Positions 18,862 through 29,675 of a DNA stretch of 64,000 nucleotides are shown here, one piece after another; positions within the stretch are counted from its first letter, which is position 1; each line of letters starts with the position of its first letter. The stretch spans positions 124,001 through 188,000 of the IMG/VR virus record IMGVR_UViG_3300046507_000667. One strand, given 5' to 3'. The notes beneath the pieces were generated by a model, which worked only from the letters and a program-made list of their open reading frames with translations, had not been told where the DNA came from and ran no database searches. A program made the position numbers and the translations under genes.

Positions 18862-19187
18862 TTTAAAAGTTCCTTTAAATAAAGATTAACTGCAACAACG
18901 GTCTGTTTTGCACGACTAGGTCTCGGATATTCTTTAATAGTTTTATAGTGAATATCATCTATGAAGACTTGCCTAGGTTTATTACCATAAATTCTACCCG
19001 GATGAGTCTTTGTGCTAGTCTGTATAAAGATTTCATTACGTTTAAAACCACCACTAATAGGTGGTCTTTGCTTAGGATGTCCTTCATATTCAAGCATACT
19101 CATTGAATCGAGTACAATCTTTGGAATATCTGGATTACCCATAGATTCATTAACGATCTTGGCAAATTCTTCTACTGTGATATCCAT
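18858..19187 (-). CDS. Hypothetical protein
   Basis: 109 aa, AGGT RBS. Confidence 0.65.
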   Translation of the reverse strand: MDITVEEFAKIVNESMGNPDIPKIVLDSMSMLEYEGHPKQRPPISGGFKRNEIFIQTSTKTHPGRIYGNKPRQVFIDDIHYKTIKEYPRPSRAKQTVVAVNLYLKELLK

Positions 19188-19246
19188 AATTTACCTATAA
19201 AAATATCCGTAAGAATCACATAGACTCTTACGGATCATAGAAATAT

Positions 19247-22009
19247 TTAGAACTCGAAGACTACATCTTTATTATTCATAAAGAGTTCATCATCCTTATC
19301 TACCGTATTACCGGGAAGTAAAATTAATGCTGCTCGACTTGCCATAAATGCATCATTGTGAGTAATAATGAAACATTGCTCACTATCAAGAGAATCAAGC
19401 TGTCTATCAAGAATTTCTGTAAATGCTGCACGATTCTTTTTATCTAGCTCTGCATCAATTTCATCAAGACATGCAATATTATAACCATTGGTAGATGATT
19501 TAATAGCTTCACTCACAATACCTAGTGATAGTGAAGTCTTTACCATTGAAATTTCACCTTGTGAGCATTCTTTGATATCATCGCCATTCTTTACCCCATT
19601 CTTATAAACTGGAATAGAGAATTCTGTATCTGAAATAGCAAAATCAATAATAAAGTTACCCTTGAATGCCATATTCAATAGGCGATTAGTATTAGTCTTG
19701 ATAGCCTCAAGATATTGACCTACTAGTACTAGAGGAATACCAGACTTAATATCTAGTGAATCTTTAATCAATGATAGCTTTAGCTTGCGAGCATTCAATG
19801 AAGTCAAACGAGTTTCATATTCTTCAATACGACTTGCATCAAGACGAAGCTTAGCTAAAATTTTCTCAGCTTCTTCAAGAGCTTCAGTATAACTTTCTAG
19901 CTCTTCAGCAATTTCTGATCGATTACTTTTATATCCTTCAATTTCATCGATAAGCTTTTGATTCTGAGCAGCCTGAGCATCTAATTTTTTCTTTTCAGCC
20001 TTAGCTAAATTGATTTGATGTAGATGTTCCTGAAGGTTTTGAAGAGTTGTAACGACATCTTGAACACGAGTAATACGATGCTTTAACTCATCATGATCTG
20101 GAGCTAGTTCATCAATAATGACTTTTTGCTTATGGATCTTTTCATCAAGTGCTTTAATTTGTGCATTGATGAGAGTTACTGCAGCATCATTTTGGCTATA
20201 TTTAGCAATATCTAATTCTGCACGACTAATAGAATTCTTCCACTTATTGATTTCTTTAGTCTTATAAAGAGCATCTAGCACCTCTTGTTGAGGCTTGATA
20301 TAGTCTCTATCAATTACAGCCGAATTAGCTTCAATAGCTAGACGAGTAAAATCAATATCTTCAGAAGGTGGCTTATTATTCTCAATTCGCTTAAGATATT
20401 TGAGATATGATGCTACTTGAGTATATTGACTTTTAATAGTTCTTTTAGCTGCACGATTAGAGCTAATGATTTTATCATTTTCTTCAACTAACTCTCGTGC
20501 ATTATCACTCGATAGGCTATGAATATACTCAGTTACTTTACAATCTTCACCGAGATTACATTCTGGCATATCATCGATGATCTGAGAAACTGCTTGAGAT
20601 TTACCAAGTAATTCTGCATTTTGCTTGGTTAGCGCTTCAATCTGAGTATCTAAAGTTTCTAGTTCAGTATCCCATGTTTCTAAGAACTTTTCACAACGTT
20701 CAATAGCTCGCTTAACTATCAATGCCGAACGTGATTCATCAATATCATAATAGATATCATCAATCAATTCCTGATTCATATCAGGTCGTTCAATAGCTAC
20801 TAAAGATGATAGAGTATTTAATTCAGCAATAAGTTTACTCAGTGAAGTAATAGCATCTTCTAATTCATCTTCCTGTTCAAACTCAGGAATTTCATATTCA
20901 TTACTAATGAACCATTGAGTAACATTCTCCAGCTTAACTTTATATGAGTCTAGAAGCTCATTAAGCTTATGGAGTTCTCGTTGAGCATTATCTGGAGCCA
21001 ACTTTTTACGATCAGTATCAAGCTGCTTTTGTTCATTGACATGGGAGTTATAAACTTGCTGTGCAGTTTGAATCTTGACTGCTAGTTCAGATACTTTTTC
21101 TTTATACTTAGTAATATTTTCTGAACGAGTCTTAATTTCTTCAGCAAGCTGTTCTTTAGTTACTTCACCATCAGGAAAAAGCTTTTTATACTTGGTAATG
21201 ATAGCTTCAGCACCTGCCTCATGCTGATTAATAGTACTTGTAATATCAGCTAATGCTTCTTTTAGCTTATCAAACTCCTCACTTTTCTCATTGAACTCAG
21301 CAAGCTTTAGCTTAATAACTTCAAGCTTTGCAGCAATCCTTGCAATAGTAGCTTTATACTTCTTGATCGTAGTCTCTTGAATGATACTATTCTTTTCAAT
21401 TGTAGATTTATCTTCAAGCTTAGCACTCTCATCTACAATGAACTTGATATCACGAGTTACATCAGTTAGACGCTGAGACACATTCTTATATGCAACTAAG
21501 AATGGCTCTACATCTGGAGTAAAATTACCGATGAAAGATTTACGAGCAGTTGAGATAAGATCAATGAAATTATCTGATTGACTACCAATCTTTAGCAGCT
21601 TAAAGAAATCTTTCGATACACCAAGATGGTTTAGTACAGCTTCAACAAAGCCTGTTACATTACCTGCTGGATTTAGATCTTCTTCAGTACCATCAGAATA
21701 AACCTTCTTAATGAATGACTTATTCTTCTTTGGCATCATATGGTGATGAATCTTGTAAACTACATCATCATCAATAATATCGATCTCTTTCTCACCAGTT
21801 TTACCATCAATGATGATCTTTTTACGATCATCAAAGGTATCAATGAAAGGGGTCAGAGCCGACATAATAGTAGATTTTCCGCTACCATTTTGACCTAATA
21901 GCAGAATCTTACGGCATTCAGTCTTAGTAAAGTCGAGTTCAATCTCAAAACGACTCATACCACTGTAAATACCAATGTAATTCTTAAGCTTCATACGTCC
22001 AATGCGCAT
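19247..22009 (-). CDS. sbcC: SbcC/Rad50-like SMC-family ATPase
   Basis: Walker A GQNGSGKST, long coiled coil, central Cys pair (possible hook), signature CSQGE, Walker B LDEID; start set at MRIGRM after AAGGA. Confidence 0.9.
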   Translation of the reverse strand: MRIGRMKLKNYIGIYSGMSRFEIELDFTKTECRKILLLGQNGSGKSTIMSALTPFIDTFDDRKKIIIDGKTGEKEIDIIDDDVVYKIHHHMMPKKNKSFIKKVYSDGTEEDLNPAGNVTGFVEAVLNHLGVSKDFFKLLKIGSQSDNFIDLISTARKSFIGNFTPDVEPFLVAYKNVSQRLTDVTRDIKFIVDESAKLEDKSTIEKNSIIQETTIKKYKATIARIAAKLEVIKLKLAEFNEKSEEFDKLKEALADITSTINQHEAGAEAIITKYKKLFPDGEVTKEQLAEEIKTRSENITKYKEKVSELAVKIQTAQQVYNSHVNEQKQLDTDRKKLAPDNAQRELHKLNELLDSYKVKLENVTQWFISNEYEIPEFEQEDELEDAITSLSKLIAELNTLSSLVAIERPDMNQELIDDIYYDIDESRSALIVKRAIERCEKFLETWDTELETLDTQIEALTKQNAELLGKSQAVSQIIDDMPECNLGEDCKVTEYIHSLSSDNARELVEENDKIISSNRAAKRTIKSQYTQVASYLKYLKRIENNKPPSEDIDFTRLAIEANSAVIDRDYIKPQQEVLDALYKTKEINKWKNSISRAELDIAKYSQNDAAVTLINAQIKALDEKIHKQKVIIDELAPDHDELKHRITRVQDVVTTLQNLQEHLHQINLAKAEKKKLDAQAAQNQKLIDEIEGYKSNRSEIAEELESYTEALEEAEKILAKLRLDASRIEEYETRLTSLNARKLKLSLIKDSLDIKSGIPLVLVGQYLEAIKTNTNRLLNMAFKGNFIIDFAISDTEFSIPVYKNGVKNGDDIKECSQGEISMVKTSLSLGIVSEAIKSSTNGYNIACLDEIDAELDKKNRAAFTEILDRQLDSLDSEQCFIITHNDAFMASRAALILLPGNTVDKDDELFMNNKDVVFEF

Positions 22010-22041
22010 ATGCTTTCCTTTTAAAGTCATTGTACTTTTGT

Positions 22042-22057
22042 CAATATAATAATATAT
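22042..22057 (-). promoter_or_regulatory. Early promoter ATATATTAT-N5-TG
   Basis: ATATATTAT tatat TG upstream of sbcC. Confidence 0.75.
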
Positions 22058-22234
22058 TCCCGAAAATTCTTTAGTAATTGCTTTAAAATAATATCCAAGC
22101 TAAAATTGAATACTGAAAATTTTAAAGAAAATAAAGCAGATTTGTCACTTTCAAGTTGAAATTAACCATAGAATAGTCAAAAACTCGTTCTTAGAATGAG
22201 TCAAAAATAACTTAATTTTCTTGAAAGGAAAATC

Positions 22235-22792
22235 ATGTCAAAAAATAAGCTACTAGTCATTGGCGGTGCATCTGGTTCAGGTAAATCAACTCTTGAACGT
22301 AATCTTATCGAAGCTTATCCTGATCTATTTCATAAGCTTCAGCAAGCAACTACTCGTAAAAAGCGTGTAGGTGAACGTGATGGTGATCCATACATCTTCC
22401 TACAACCATCAGGCTTTGATCATATTCAAGATAAACTGATTGGCCGCCTTGGAGTACGTCCTAATTCACTCTTCAAAGATCGTTATGGTTCATTTCCTGA
22501 CTTTGTTGAAGGTAAGGTATCTACCATTATTCTAGCTGAAGAAGCTCTCTATGACCTTCGTGAGTCAATTGCAATAGGTGTAATTGATGCTGAAGTATAC
22601 GTACTAGGTCTTGATGTAGCTTATGAAGATTTAGCGGCTGATGCTAAACGTGAAGGTCGTGATGAATCATTCTTAGAAAAAGAACGTTCATTCTTAAAGC
22701 TTGCAAATACCGTTTATCGTAATACAAACGGTAAATATATTCAACCAAAGACAGTCGTTGCTCTTCTGCAAGACCACTTCTTCCTAGATTGA
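22235..22792 (+). CDS. Guanylate-kinase-like P-loop NMP kinase
   Basis: GGASGSGKST and TTRKKRVGERDGDPYIF motifs. Confidence 0.75.
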   Translation: MSKNKLLVIGGASGSGKSTLERNLIEAYPDLFHKLQQATTRKKRVGERDGDPYIFLQPSGFDHIQDKLIGRLGVRPNSLFKDRYGSFPDFVEGKVSTIILAEEALYDLRESIAIGVIDAEVYVLGLDVAYEDLAADAKREGRDESFLEKERSFLKLANTVYRNTNGKYIQPKTVVALLQDHFFLD

Positions 22793-22805
22793 ATTAAATG
22801 AAAAC

Positions 22806-22834
22806 TCCCATAGTCTCTATCTGAGGCTATGGGA
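22806..22834. terminator. Hairpin terminator (family variant)
   Basis: TCCCATAGTCTC/GAGGCTATGGGA followed by a T-rich tract. Confidence 0.7.
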
Positions 22835-22857
22835 TTATTTTCGTATTTTTGCCTTGG

Positions 22858-22869
22858 AACATTCATATA
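22858..22869 (+). promoter_or_regulatory. Late promoter AACA-N6-TA
   Basis: AACATTCATATA, same 12-mer as 40845-40856. Confidence 0.65.
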
Positions 22870-22933
22870 GTTTAAGTTTGTCTATATTTAAACTAAGTTC
22901 GGAAGTAATTCCTAATCTATGAAGGAGAGGTAT

Positions 22934-23239
22934 ATGTTAGGTGCTCTTAAGCAACTACTGGCTAAGATTTTTAAGCTCTTTGGCCGTAAACAGCCTCTCG
23001 AACCTGTCATTGATAGCACTGCCGATAAGGTAATTGCTGCCGTTGATAAGGTAGAGAAGGTTGTGGATGAAGCTGTAGCTACAGAAAAAGTTCTCGCTCC
23101 TGTTATTGGTACAATTTCACCAGTAGCTGGAAAGGTAGCTGATGCTGTTGTTGCTGCTGAACCTGTTGTAGATGCTGCTACTTCTAGTGTTAAATCTTTA
23201 GCTCAAGCAGTTAAAGATGCACCTGATGCAGTTGCATAA
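22934..23239 (+). CDS. Small Ala/Val-rich late protein
   Basis: GGAGAGG RBS before ATG 22934; amphipathic N-terminus. Confidence 0.7.
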   Translation: MLGALKQLLAKIFKLFGRKQPLEPVIDSTADKVIAAVDKVEKVVDEAVATEKVLAPVIGTISPVAGKVADAVVAAEPVVDAATSSVKSLAQAVKDAPDAVA

Positions 23240-23316
23240 GTAGTGAAGTAATCTAGGAGGGATAGAAATATCCCTTCTTTTCTCTTTTTGTTTTACCTTT
23301 TAATGTAGGTGATATC

Positions 23317-24108
23317 ATGGGCGCACGGGCAAAGCGGAGAACCAGAGGTAACGAAAACTTTGATGAACAAGGTGGATTTCAAAAATCACAGCGAGTTCAA
23401 CGAGGTCAGAAACAAACTTCCAATTCACAAGAGTATACTAATAGAGATCCTCGTGAAACAGACTTCCGTATTAAGTTTCAGCCTAAAACTGAACGTCAGC
23501 AAGATATGGTTGTTGGTATCGAAATGTCTACAGTTACAATTGGTATTGGTCCCGCTGGTACAGGTAAGACTGCAGTAGGTACATTTAAAGCTGCGGAATT
23601 TCTGCACAAGAGAAGAGTCAAACAGATTATTTTAACCCGTCCAATTGTTGAAATCGGTAAAACTATTGGTCACTTACCCGGAGATGTAAACGAGAAATAT
23701 GCGCCATATCTCGTGCCTTTCAAAGAACATCTTGTCCAAGCATTTGGTCCTAGCGGTTTCGAAGCCAGACTAGGTAAAACTATTCTACCTCTTGCAATCA
23801 ATTTCATCCAAGGTCATACTTGGGATGATGCTTTTGTATTGATTGATGAAGCACAAAACATGACTGAACAAGAAATGTATATGCTTCTTACTCGTATTGG
23901 TGTGAATACACATGTGGTTATCACAGGTGATACAAAACAGACAGCTACTGGTGCGCTTAAGCGTGACAATGGCCTTGCTGACCTAATGAGCCGACTTGGT
24001 AATTCAGGTCTATTTGATGAAAATGAAATTACAACTATTCGCTTCACAAGCGATGATATTGTACGTTCAGAATTTGTTAAAAAGATCGTCAAGATGTATG
24101 ATGAATAA
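23317..24108 (+). CDS. phoH: PhoH-family ATPase
   Basis: GPAGTGKT, LTRP, GHLPG, IDEAQN, LTRIG, TGD and DIVRS motifs. Confidence 0.95.
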   Translation: MGARAKRRTRGNENFDEQGGFQKSQRVQRGQKQTSNSQEYTNRDPRETDFRIKFQPKTERQQDMVVGIEMSTVTIGIGPAGTGKTAVGTFKAAEFLHKRRVKQIILTRPIVEIGKTIGHLPGDVNEKYAPYLVPFKEHLVQAFGPSGFEARLGKTILPLAINFIQGHTWDDAFVLIDEAQNMTEQEMYMLLTRIGVNTHVVITGDTKQTATGALKRDNGLADLMSRLGNSGLFDENEITTIRFTSDDIVRSEFVKKIVKMYDE

Positions 24109-24112
24109 AATA

Positions 24113-24142
24113 TCCCCATACCTCCTTTCGGGGGTATGGGGG
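24113..24142. terminator. CCC(T/C)ATAC-family hairpin, bidirectional
   Basis: Between convergent phoH and fibre operon. Confidence 0.75.
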
Positions 24143-24148
24143 ATTTTA

Positions 24149-25228
24149 TTAGTACTTAATCATAACAGGGAATGCAAGATTCTTAGGTACGTTCTGTGAA
24201 CCACCAGAAGCAGCAACATATACTACGTGATTATGTTGACCTGAAGCAGCTTGTCCAAGATTATGAGAATGAGCACCATCACCATAGATTGTAACATTGT
24301 GAGCATGACCACCTGCCCATGATGTCATAAATGCATAGTTGTCATAGTCAGACTTATTAGTACCCCATTGGTTTGGACCACTTGCTACACCAAATGGAGA
24401 AGCTGCATTTTCACCAAAGCCTGAATCATGTTGGTGATCGCCTACTCCACCAGCACTACCACTGTGTGTATGGTTATTTTGCCCATCAGTCCATGCACTA
24501 TGAGCATGTGAACCTTGAGCATCAGTACCACCACCATGATTATGTGAATAGAATGCTTGATCTTGCCATGAGCCTACGTTACGTGCTGGACCAACCGCAT
24601 TATTGTTGGTACCTGTAACAGTACAACGGATAAATTGACCACGACAATCTGGAAGATTGAATGTAGTTGATCCATCACCTGCACCATACATTGTACCAAT
24701 TAATGCAAAAAGTTTAGCATAAGTGGCTCGATTTACTGCTTGACCATTACAATATAACCATCCATCTGGAGCAGTTTTACCAGCATAAAACATCACCATT
24801 CCAGGAGTAATAGTAGATGATAATCTAGCCATTACCCATGCTGTAGTTGGAATCAGAGTACTATTATCACTAGGAGAAATAACCTGATTAGGATCTACAG
24901 TAGGAATACCAGTAAACTTAGGACTATCAATATTTGCTTTATTTGCAGGATTAAAATTACCTGCAGTCCAAACTACATCATTATTTACATAAAGTTGTTT
25001 GGTATTAAAGTCATAATGATAACCACCTTGAGTAGCATCTTGCCAACCGGCACCATTACTATCTTGATAATATTGTGGTGCTGGATTGAAAGGTACAATT
25101 ACTGCATTTGATAATTTATAATAACCGGTATAGTTATCTGTCTTATCAAAGAAGATCTCTCCAACTTGTACATCAGCATGGTTAGATGCAGCCGCCAAGA
25201 ATGGAGTAATAATAACACGTTCTGTCAT
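24149..25228 (-). CDS. Tail fibre with collar domain and HxH-rich tip (paralog 3)
   Basis: GWLYCNG..YAKLF..GAGDGSTTFNLPD collar motif; repeated HxH. Confidence 0.85.
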   Translation of the reverse strand: MTERVIITPFLAAASNHADVQVGEIFFDKTDNYTGYYKLSNAVIVPFNPAPQYYQDSNGAGWQDATQGGYHYDFNTKQLYVNNDVVWTAGNFNPANKANIDSPKFTGIPTVDPNQVISPSDNSTLIPTTAWVMARLSSTITPGMVMFYAGKTAPDGWLYCNGQAVNRATYAKLFALIGTMYGAGDGSTTFNLPDCRGQFIRCTVTGTNNNAVGPARNVGSWQDQAFYSHNHGGGTDAQGSHAHSAWTDGQNNHTHSGSAGGVGDHQHDSGFGENAASPFGVASGPNQWGTNKSDYDNYAFMTSWAGGHAHNVTIYGDGAHSHNLGQAASGQHNHVVYVAASGGSQNVPKNLAFPVMIKY

Positions 25229-25237
25229 TGTAACTCC

Positions 25238-26323
25238 TTAAGCTTTAATGCAGCACAGTAGTGCCATATTATATGGACGACTTTCATTTACACCTGCTGC
25301 GACAGCATTTCCATAGATAGATACATTGTGAGCATGATTACCTGCATCACCTAATCCAACATTGTGAGCATGATTACCTGCACCATTTAAACCAATACTA
25401 TGGGTATGTCCACCTGCAGCGCCAGTCCAAATCCATCCATCATCAGTATCTGATTTAGCTGAACCAAGATTATTCATTGATGGACGAATTGGAGAGTTAC
25501 CCCAAGGACCGGCACTATCTTTTTCACCCCATGCACTATCATGCTGGTGGTCACCTACACCATCGGTCCATCCATTATGAGCATGATAACCTTGTGTATC
25601 GGCATAGACAGCATGGCTATGATATGCTTGTTGATCTGAGCTACCATTGTGACTGTGTGAAATATATCCATCTGGTTGGTAAGAACCAAAACCACGGCTT
25701 GGATCAACACCACGACCATCATCCCAAGCTCTAGGAAAAATAGACCGCATATCTGGAATATTAAAGGTAGTAAATCCATCACCTGCACCATACGTTGTGC
25801 CAATCACATTAAAGAGATTGACGTAATTTGTACGGTTCAGTGCGCTACCATTAAGTTTTAACCAGCCTTGTGGCGGTACTGAACCCATGAAGAACATGAT
25901 TGACCCTGTAGGGAAAATCTTGTTTAGATTGGTTGTAATCCATGCTGTATTAGGAATTGTTTTATCATTGCTATTAATATCTGGAGTAGGTACTGTAGGA
26001 ATACCAGTAAATGTCTGTCCAGACACATTAGCTTTTTTAGTAGGATCGAAGGTAGATGCAGACCATGCAGCATCATTATTTACATAGAGTTTATGTGTTG
26101 AAAACTCATAGTAAAAACCTTGTCCTGATGCATCTTTCATTCCTGCACCACTGCTAGACTCATAAAAGTTCTTAGCTGCAGTGAAAGGAAGTACAGCGCC
26201 AGTAGGACTTAGATAGTATCCATACCCTGTAATTGGATCAAAAAAGATTTCACCTTTAGATACCTTTGTTACATTAGTAGGATCATCCGTTACTGGAAAA
26301 TAAGAAACACGATTCTTTGCCAT
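25238..26323 (-). CDS. Tail fibre with collar domain and HxH-rich tip (paralog 2)
   Basis: Same architecture; RAWDDGRGVD, ESRPYNMAL. Confidence 0.85.
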   Translation of the reverse strand: MAKNRVSYFPVTDDPTNVTKVSKGEIFFDPITGYGYYLSPTGAVLPFTAAKNFYESSSGAGMKDASGQGFYYEFSTHKLYVNNDAAWSASTFDPTKKANVSGQTFTGIPTVPTPDINSNDKTIPNTAWITTNLNKIFPTGSIMFFMGSVPPQGWLKLNGSALNRTNYVNLFNVIGTTYGAGDGFTTFNIPDMRSIFPRAWDDGRGVDPSRGFGSYQPDGYISHSHNGSSDQQAYHSHAVYADTQGYHAHNGWTDGVGDHQHDSAWGEKDSAGPWGNSPIRPSMNNLGSAKSDTDDGWIWTGAAGGHTHSIGLNGAGNHAHNVGLGDAGNHAHNVSIYGNAVAAGVNESRPYNMALLCCIKA

Positions 26324-26332
26324 AGAAGTCCT

Positions 26333-27421
26333 TTAATACTTAACAAAAGGTCTAAAAGCAATATTTACAGGTCTAAATTCTTCAGCACCTTGATAATCTA
26401 ATGCTACATTATGGGCATGATTACCTACTGCTGCAACTGTAATATTGTGACCATGAATACCTTGTGCATCAGTACCAATATTATGACTATGACCACCTGC
26501 GCCACTTGTCAAAAATGCATAGTTATCAAAGTCATCACTATTTGTACCTAAATGGGTATTACTTCCATCATAATAACCAAAGCGAGCATATGACTGATCA
26601 CGTTCACCCCAAGGATTAACGTGTTGATGTTGACCTTGGAAATCAGTAGTTCCACCATGACCATGCCAACCTTGAGTATCAGTCCATGTAGAGTGATTAT
26701 GTTGACCTGCAGCAGCCATTGATGCTATATGAGTATGTGAGATAATAGCTTGTGCTTGGAAGGTATTTAAAGCACGTCCAGCATCAACACCACGACCATC
26801 ATCCCAACCACGAATGAAGTATCCACCAGCATTAGGAAGATTGAATGTAGTCGTTCCATCACCTGCACCAAAACCAGTACCAATCATTGCAAATAATGTT
26901 GCATATTGAGTACGACTTACTGCTTGGCCATTCATCAGCAACCAGCCATCAATATTATTAGCTGGAGTTGCACTCCATAATACTGTACCTGTGGCAACTG
27001 CTGAACTAACTCTTGAATTTACCCATGAAGTATTTGGAATTGTACCATCTGCACTGTTAATTGATGGAGTGGGTACCCTACCATTACTTAAAACTGGACT
27101 ATTCAGATTTGCTTTAAGGCTAGGATTAAAATTACCTGCAGTCCATACTAAATCACCACTAAATGTACCATCTGCATTTTCTTTACCTTGTAGATAAAGC
27201 TGTTTGTCTGCAAAATGGTAATATATCGAATTTGTACCATCATCGAATCCAGCATCTTTAGATGTCTGAATCCAATGTGGCGCTGACGTAAATGCTACAA
27301 CCTTACCACCATTAGTTAGATAATAACCTCGTCCATTCGTATCAAAGAAGATTTCACCTGGCTTTGCTTGAGTTGGAGTTGGCGTATCAATTAATGGCTT
27401 ATAAATAAGCGTTCTATTCAT
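26333..27421 (-). CDS. Tail fibre with collar domain and HxH-rich tip (paralog 1)
   Basis: Same architecture; RGWDDGRGVD, EFRPVNIAF. Confidence 0.85.
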   Translation of the reverse strand: MNRTLIYKPLIDTPTPTQAKPGEIFFDTNGRGYYLTNGGKVVAFTSAPHWIQTSKDAGFDDGTNSIYYHFADKQLYLQGKENADGTFSGDLVWTAGNFNPSLKANLNSPVLSNGRVPTPSINSADGTIPNTSWVNSRVSSAVATGTVLWSATPANNIDGWLLMNGQAVSRTQYATLFAMIGTGFGAGDGTTTFNLPNAGGYFIRGWDDGRGVDAGRALNTFQAQAIISHTHIASMAAAGQHNHSTWTDTQGWHGHGGTTDFQGQHQHVNPWGERDQSYARFGYYDGSNTHLGTNSDDFDNYAFLTSGAGGHSHNIGTDAQGIHGHNITVAAVGNHAHNVALDYQGAEEFRPVNIAFRPFVKY

Positions 27422-27477
27422 AATTCATTTCTCTTATATAGAAATAGGATATCTACTTTCGTAGATACCCTATTCAA

Positions 27478-28908
27478 TTAAAATACAGATGGATCGATAT
27501 CGCCAAATGCATCCCACTCATTATCACTGCTAATCTTAATAAGAGTAATAACGGAGCCTGTGCCTGAAGTATGAAGTCCGCCAGAAATTGGAGGATAAAT
27601 GGTTACAACTTCATCTGGGAAGTCTGTATCTACGATACCAGTAATGGCTACTTTACCTGTATTAGCTTGACGAATGATAATCTTATCACCAACACTAAAG
27701 CGCGGTGTAGCATTGGTAGGATCGTCCCAAGGTAATGAGTAAGTTACATCATTTGTACCTGTGTGACGAAGATAAGATGAAGCATCATTTGAATCCAGAT
27801 TAATATCAGTGGTATTATTTTTTACTGGAAAGCGTAGTAATGCCTTAGCTTGCTGTACTGCTGCAAGTGCTGATTGATTTGATACTTCTGCAGCTTTAGC
27901 TGAAGCATCTGCTGCACTAGCTTTAGCATTAATAGTTGGAAGTATATTAGTTGATAGATCAGTATACTTTGTAGAGAAATCAGTATAACTGGAACCAAAT
28001 GAATTATACTTACTATTAAATGCATTAATAGTATCATTTACTGTTGCAGCTGCAGTATTAAATGCATCTAAATTAGCTTTCGTAGTATCTTGATAGCCTT
28101 TAATAGTTGACTGAATTGTAGTTACAGCAGTCTTTACACCATTAACTGTAGTAACTGCATCATTAACAGTTTGAATTGTACTATTTAGCTGATCAAGTTG
28201 CTGGGAAGCTTGTGTAGCTAACTGCTGTGACTGAGTAATCTGGTTGTTAATAGTAGTTACTTGTTGTGCAATATTATTTGCAGCTTGAGTAGCACTATTA
28301 GCTGCAGTAGTTGCATCTTGAAGCATTTGAGTAACTTGAGTTACTGTACTTGATAGACGATTAGCTGCAGCTTGTGCATCAGTTGTAATAGCAGTTGCAC
28401 TTTGAATTGTAGTCGCTAAACCAGCTAATGTAGAATTAACTGAACTAGCAGAGTCTGAAGCAGTCTTTGCATCACGAGCAGCTTGTGCTGCTAAATCTTT
28501 CATTGTAGAAAGATCAACAGTGATATCATTAAAAGACTGGTTCATTGTATCTAAAACTTTCTGTGCATTTAGCGCAGAAGTAGCTGAAGCTTGAGCAGAT
28601 TGTGCTGCAGCATCAGCTTTCTGAGAAATTGTAACAGCCTGATCTACCACCTCATCACGGATTTCAGTAACATTAGCTGTCAAAAGTACAAGATTATCTT
28701 GACTTTGAAGAATAACGTTTAGAAGACGCTTATATGATGGAACTGGACCACTGTCAACTTGAACAATGGTATTTTCATCGCCGTTAATGATCGCATAAAT
28801 CTTGGCTGTAGCAGTTTCTCCACGCTCTACTAATGCCTCGATACGAGCATAGTAGTCTGATAAATCTAGTGAATCACCACCAGTATCTGAGTAATCTGGA
28901 GTTGCCAT
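27478..28908 (-). CDS. Fibre-like protein with long A/T/Q-rich coiled coil
   Basis: N-terminal NGDENT..GPVPSY module shared with 43446-44699; C-terminal beta domain. Confidence 0.7.
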   Translation of the reverse strand: MATPDYSDTGGDSLDLSDYYARIEALVERGETATAKIYAIINGDENTIVQVDSGPVPSYKRLLNVILQSQDNLVLLTANVTEIRDEVVDQAVTISQKADAAAQSAQASATSALNAQKVLDTMNQSFNDITVDLSTMKDLAAQAARDAKTASDSASSVNSTLAGLATTIQSATAITTDAQAAANRLSSTVTQVTQMLQDATTAANSATQAANNIAQQVTTINNQITQSQQLATQASQQLDQLNSTIQTVNDAVTTVNGVKTAVTTIQSTIKGYQDTTKANLDAFNTAAATVNDTINAFNSKYNSFGSSYTDFSTKYTDLSTNILPTINAKASAADASAKAAEVSNQSALAAVQQAKALLRFPVKNNTTDINLDSNDASSYLRHTGTNDVTYSLPWDDPTNATPRFSVGDKIIIRQANTGKVAITGIVDTDFPDEVVTIYPPISGGLHTSGTGSVITLIKISSDNEWDAFGDIDPSVF

Positions 28909-28953
28909 ATTTTAGCCTTATAAACTTGAATAAGAATTCTTAAGCTTGTGAAC

Positions 28954-28965
28954 TATAAACATGTT
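28954..28965 (-). promoter_or_regulatory. Late promoter AACA-N6-TA
   Basis: AACATGTTTATA heading the fibre operon. Confidence 0.65.
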
Positions 28966-29014
28966 TGCAATAAAGCTATATATGCAAAAAGAAAAGTAAT
29001 TAAAGTGATAAAAC

Positions 29015-29044
29015 CCCTATACCCTCTTTTATAAGGGTATAGGG
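29015..29044. terminator. CCC(T/C)ATAC-family hairpin
   Basis: CCCTATACCCT/AGGGTATAGGG stem. Confidence 0.7.
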
Positions 29045-29069
29045 ATTCGACTTGCTTTTATTTTTATGC

Positions 29070-29675
29070 TTAGCTACTTGGAGTAGTCGTTGTATCTACT
29101 ACAGAAGCTACCGATTGTCTACGGATATTAATAAAGATACAGGCAGGTTCAGAGACTTGCCCATAAATATTAATGAATCGATAACTAAAGCTTTCACGAC
29201 CATCCTGATACTTTGGTAGATAAGCAATAGACTTTCTATCAGATCCAATTCGAGCAATACCTGCAGCTGGTCTGGAAAGAATTTCAGGATAGAATGGAAC
29301 ACCGATCTGAAATCCTGGACCTACTGATTCTTGAATTGGTGCTAGTGGAATGACAAATCTTTCAAATGCCATTACATCATACCATTTACGAAGAACGTAA
29401 TTACCAGCTGTGTTTACTGTAAGTTTACCATTGACAATATCAAAGTCACGTAGTTTACCATTCAGTAAAGTAGGATTAGTTAGAGGAACCCCATTAGCAA
29501 GAACATCAATCGACCCTAATGTATAACTACCATCAAAATTAATAGATGTAGTAAACGAGATATCCTCATATGCAGGAATCGGGGTCCAATCGTCTGGTGT
29601 CCATTCTAGAATAGCATCAACGTTGCCAGCAACGGGATCAGCATATCTAAAAATAGTATCAGATGTTACACCCAT
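29070..29675 (-). CDS. Virion protein with Ig/cadherin-like C-terminus
   Basis: IAYLP..GRESFSYRF pattern. Confidence 0.6.
   Translation of the reverse strand: MGVTSDTIFRYADPVAGNVDAILEWTPDDWTPIPAYEDISFTTSINFDGSYTLGSIDVLANGVPLTNPTLLNGKLRDFDIVNGKLTVNTAGNYVLRKWYDVMAFERFVIPLAPIQESVGPGFQIGVPFYPEILSRPAAGIARIGSDRKSIAYLPKYQDGRESFSYRFINIYGQVSEPACIFINIRRQSVASVVDTTTTPSS

Noticed and set aside
24149-27421. Diversity-generating retroelement or invertase shufflon acting on fibre tips
   Set aside because: No reverse transcriptase or recombinase in the window, no adenine-specific TR/VR pair, and all three genes are full length and co-oriented.
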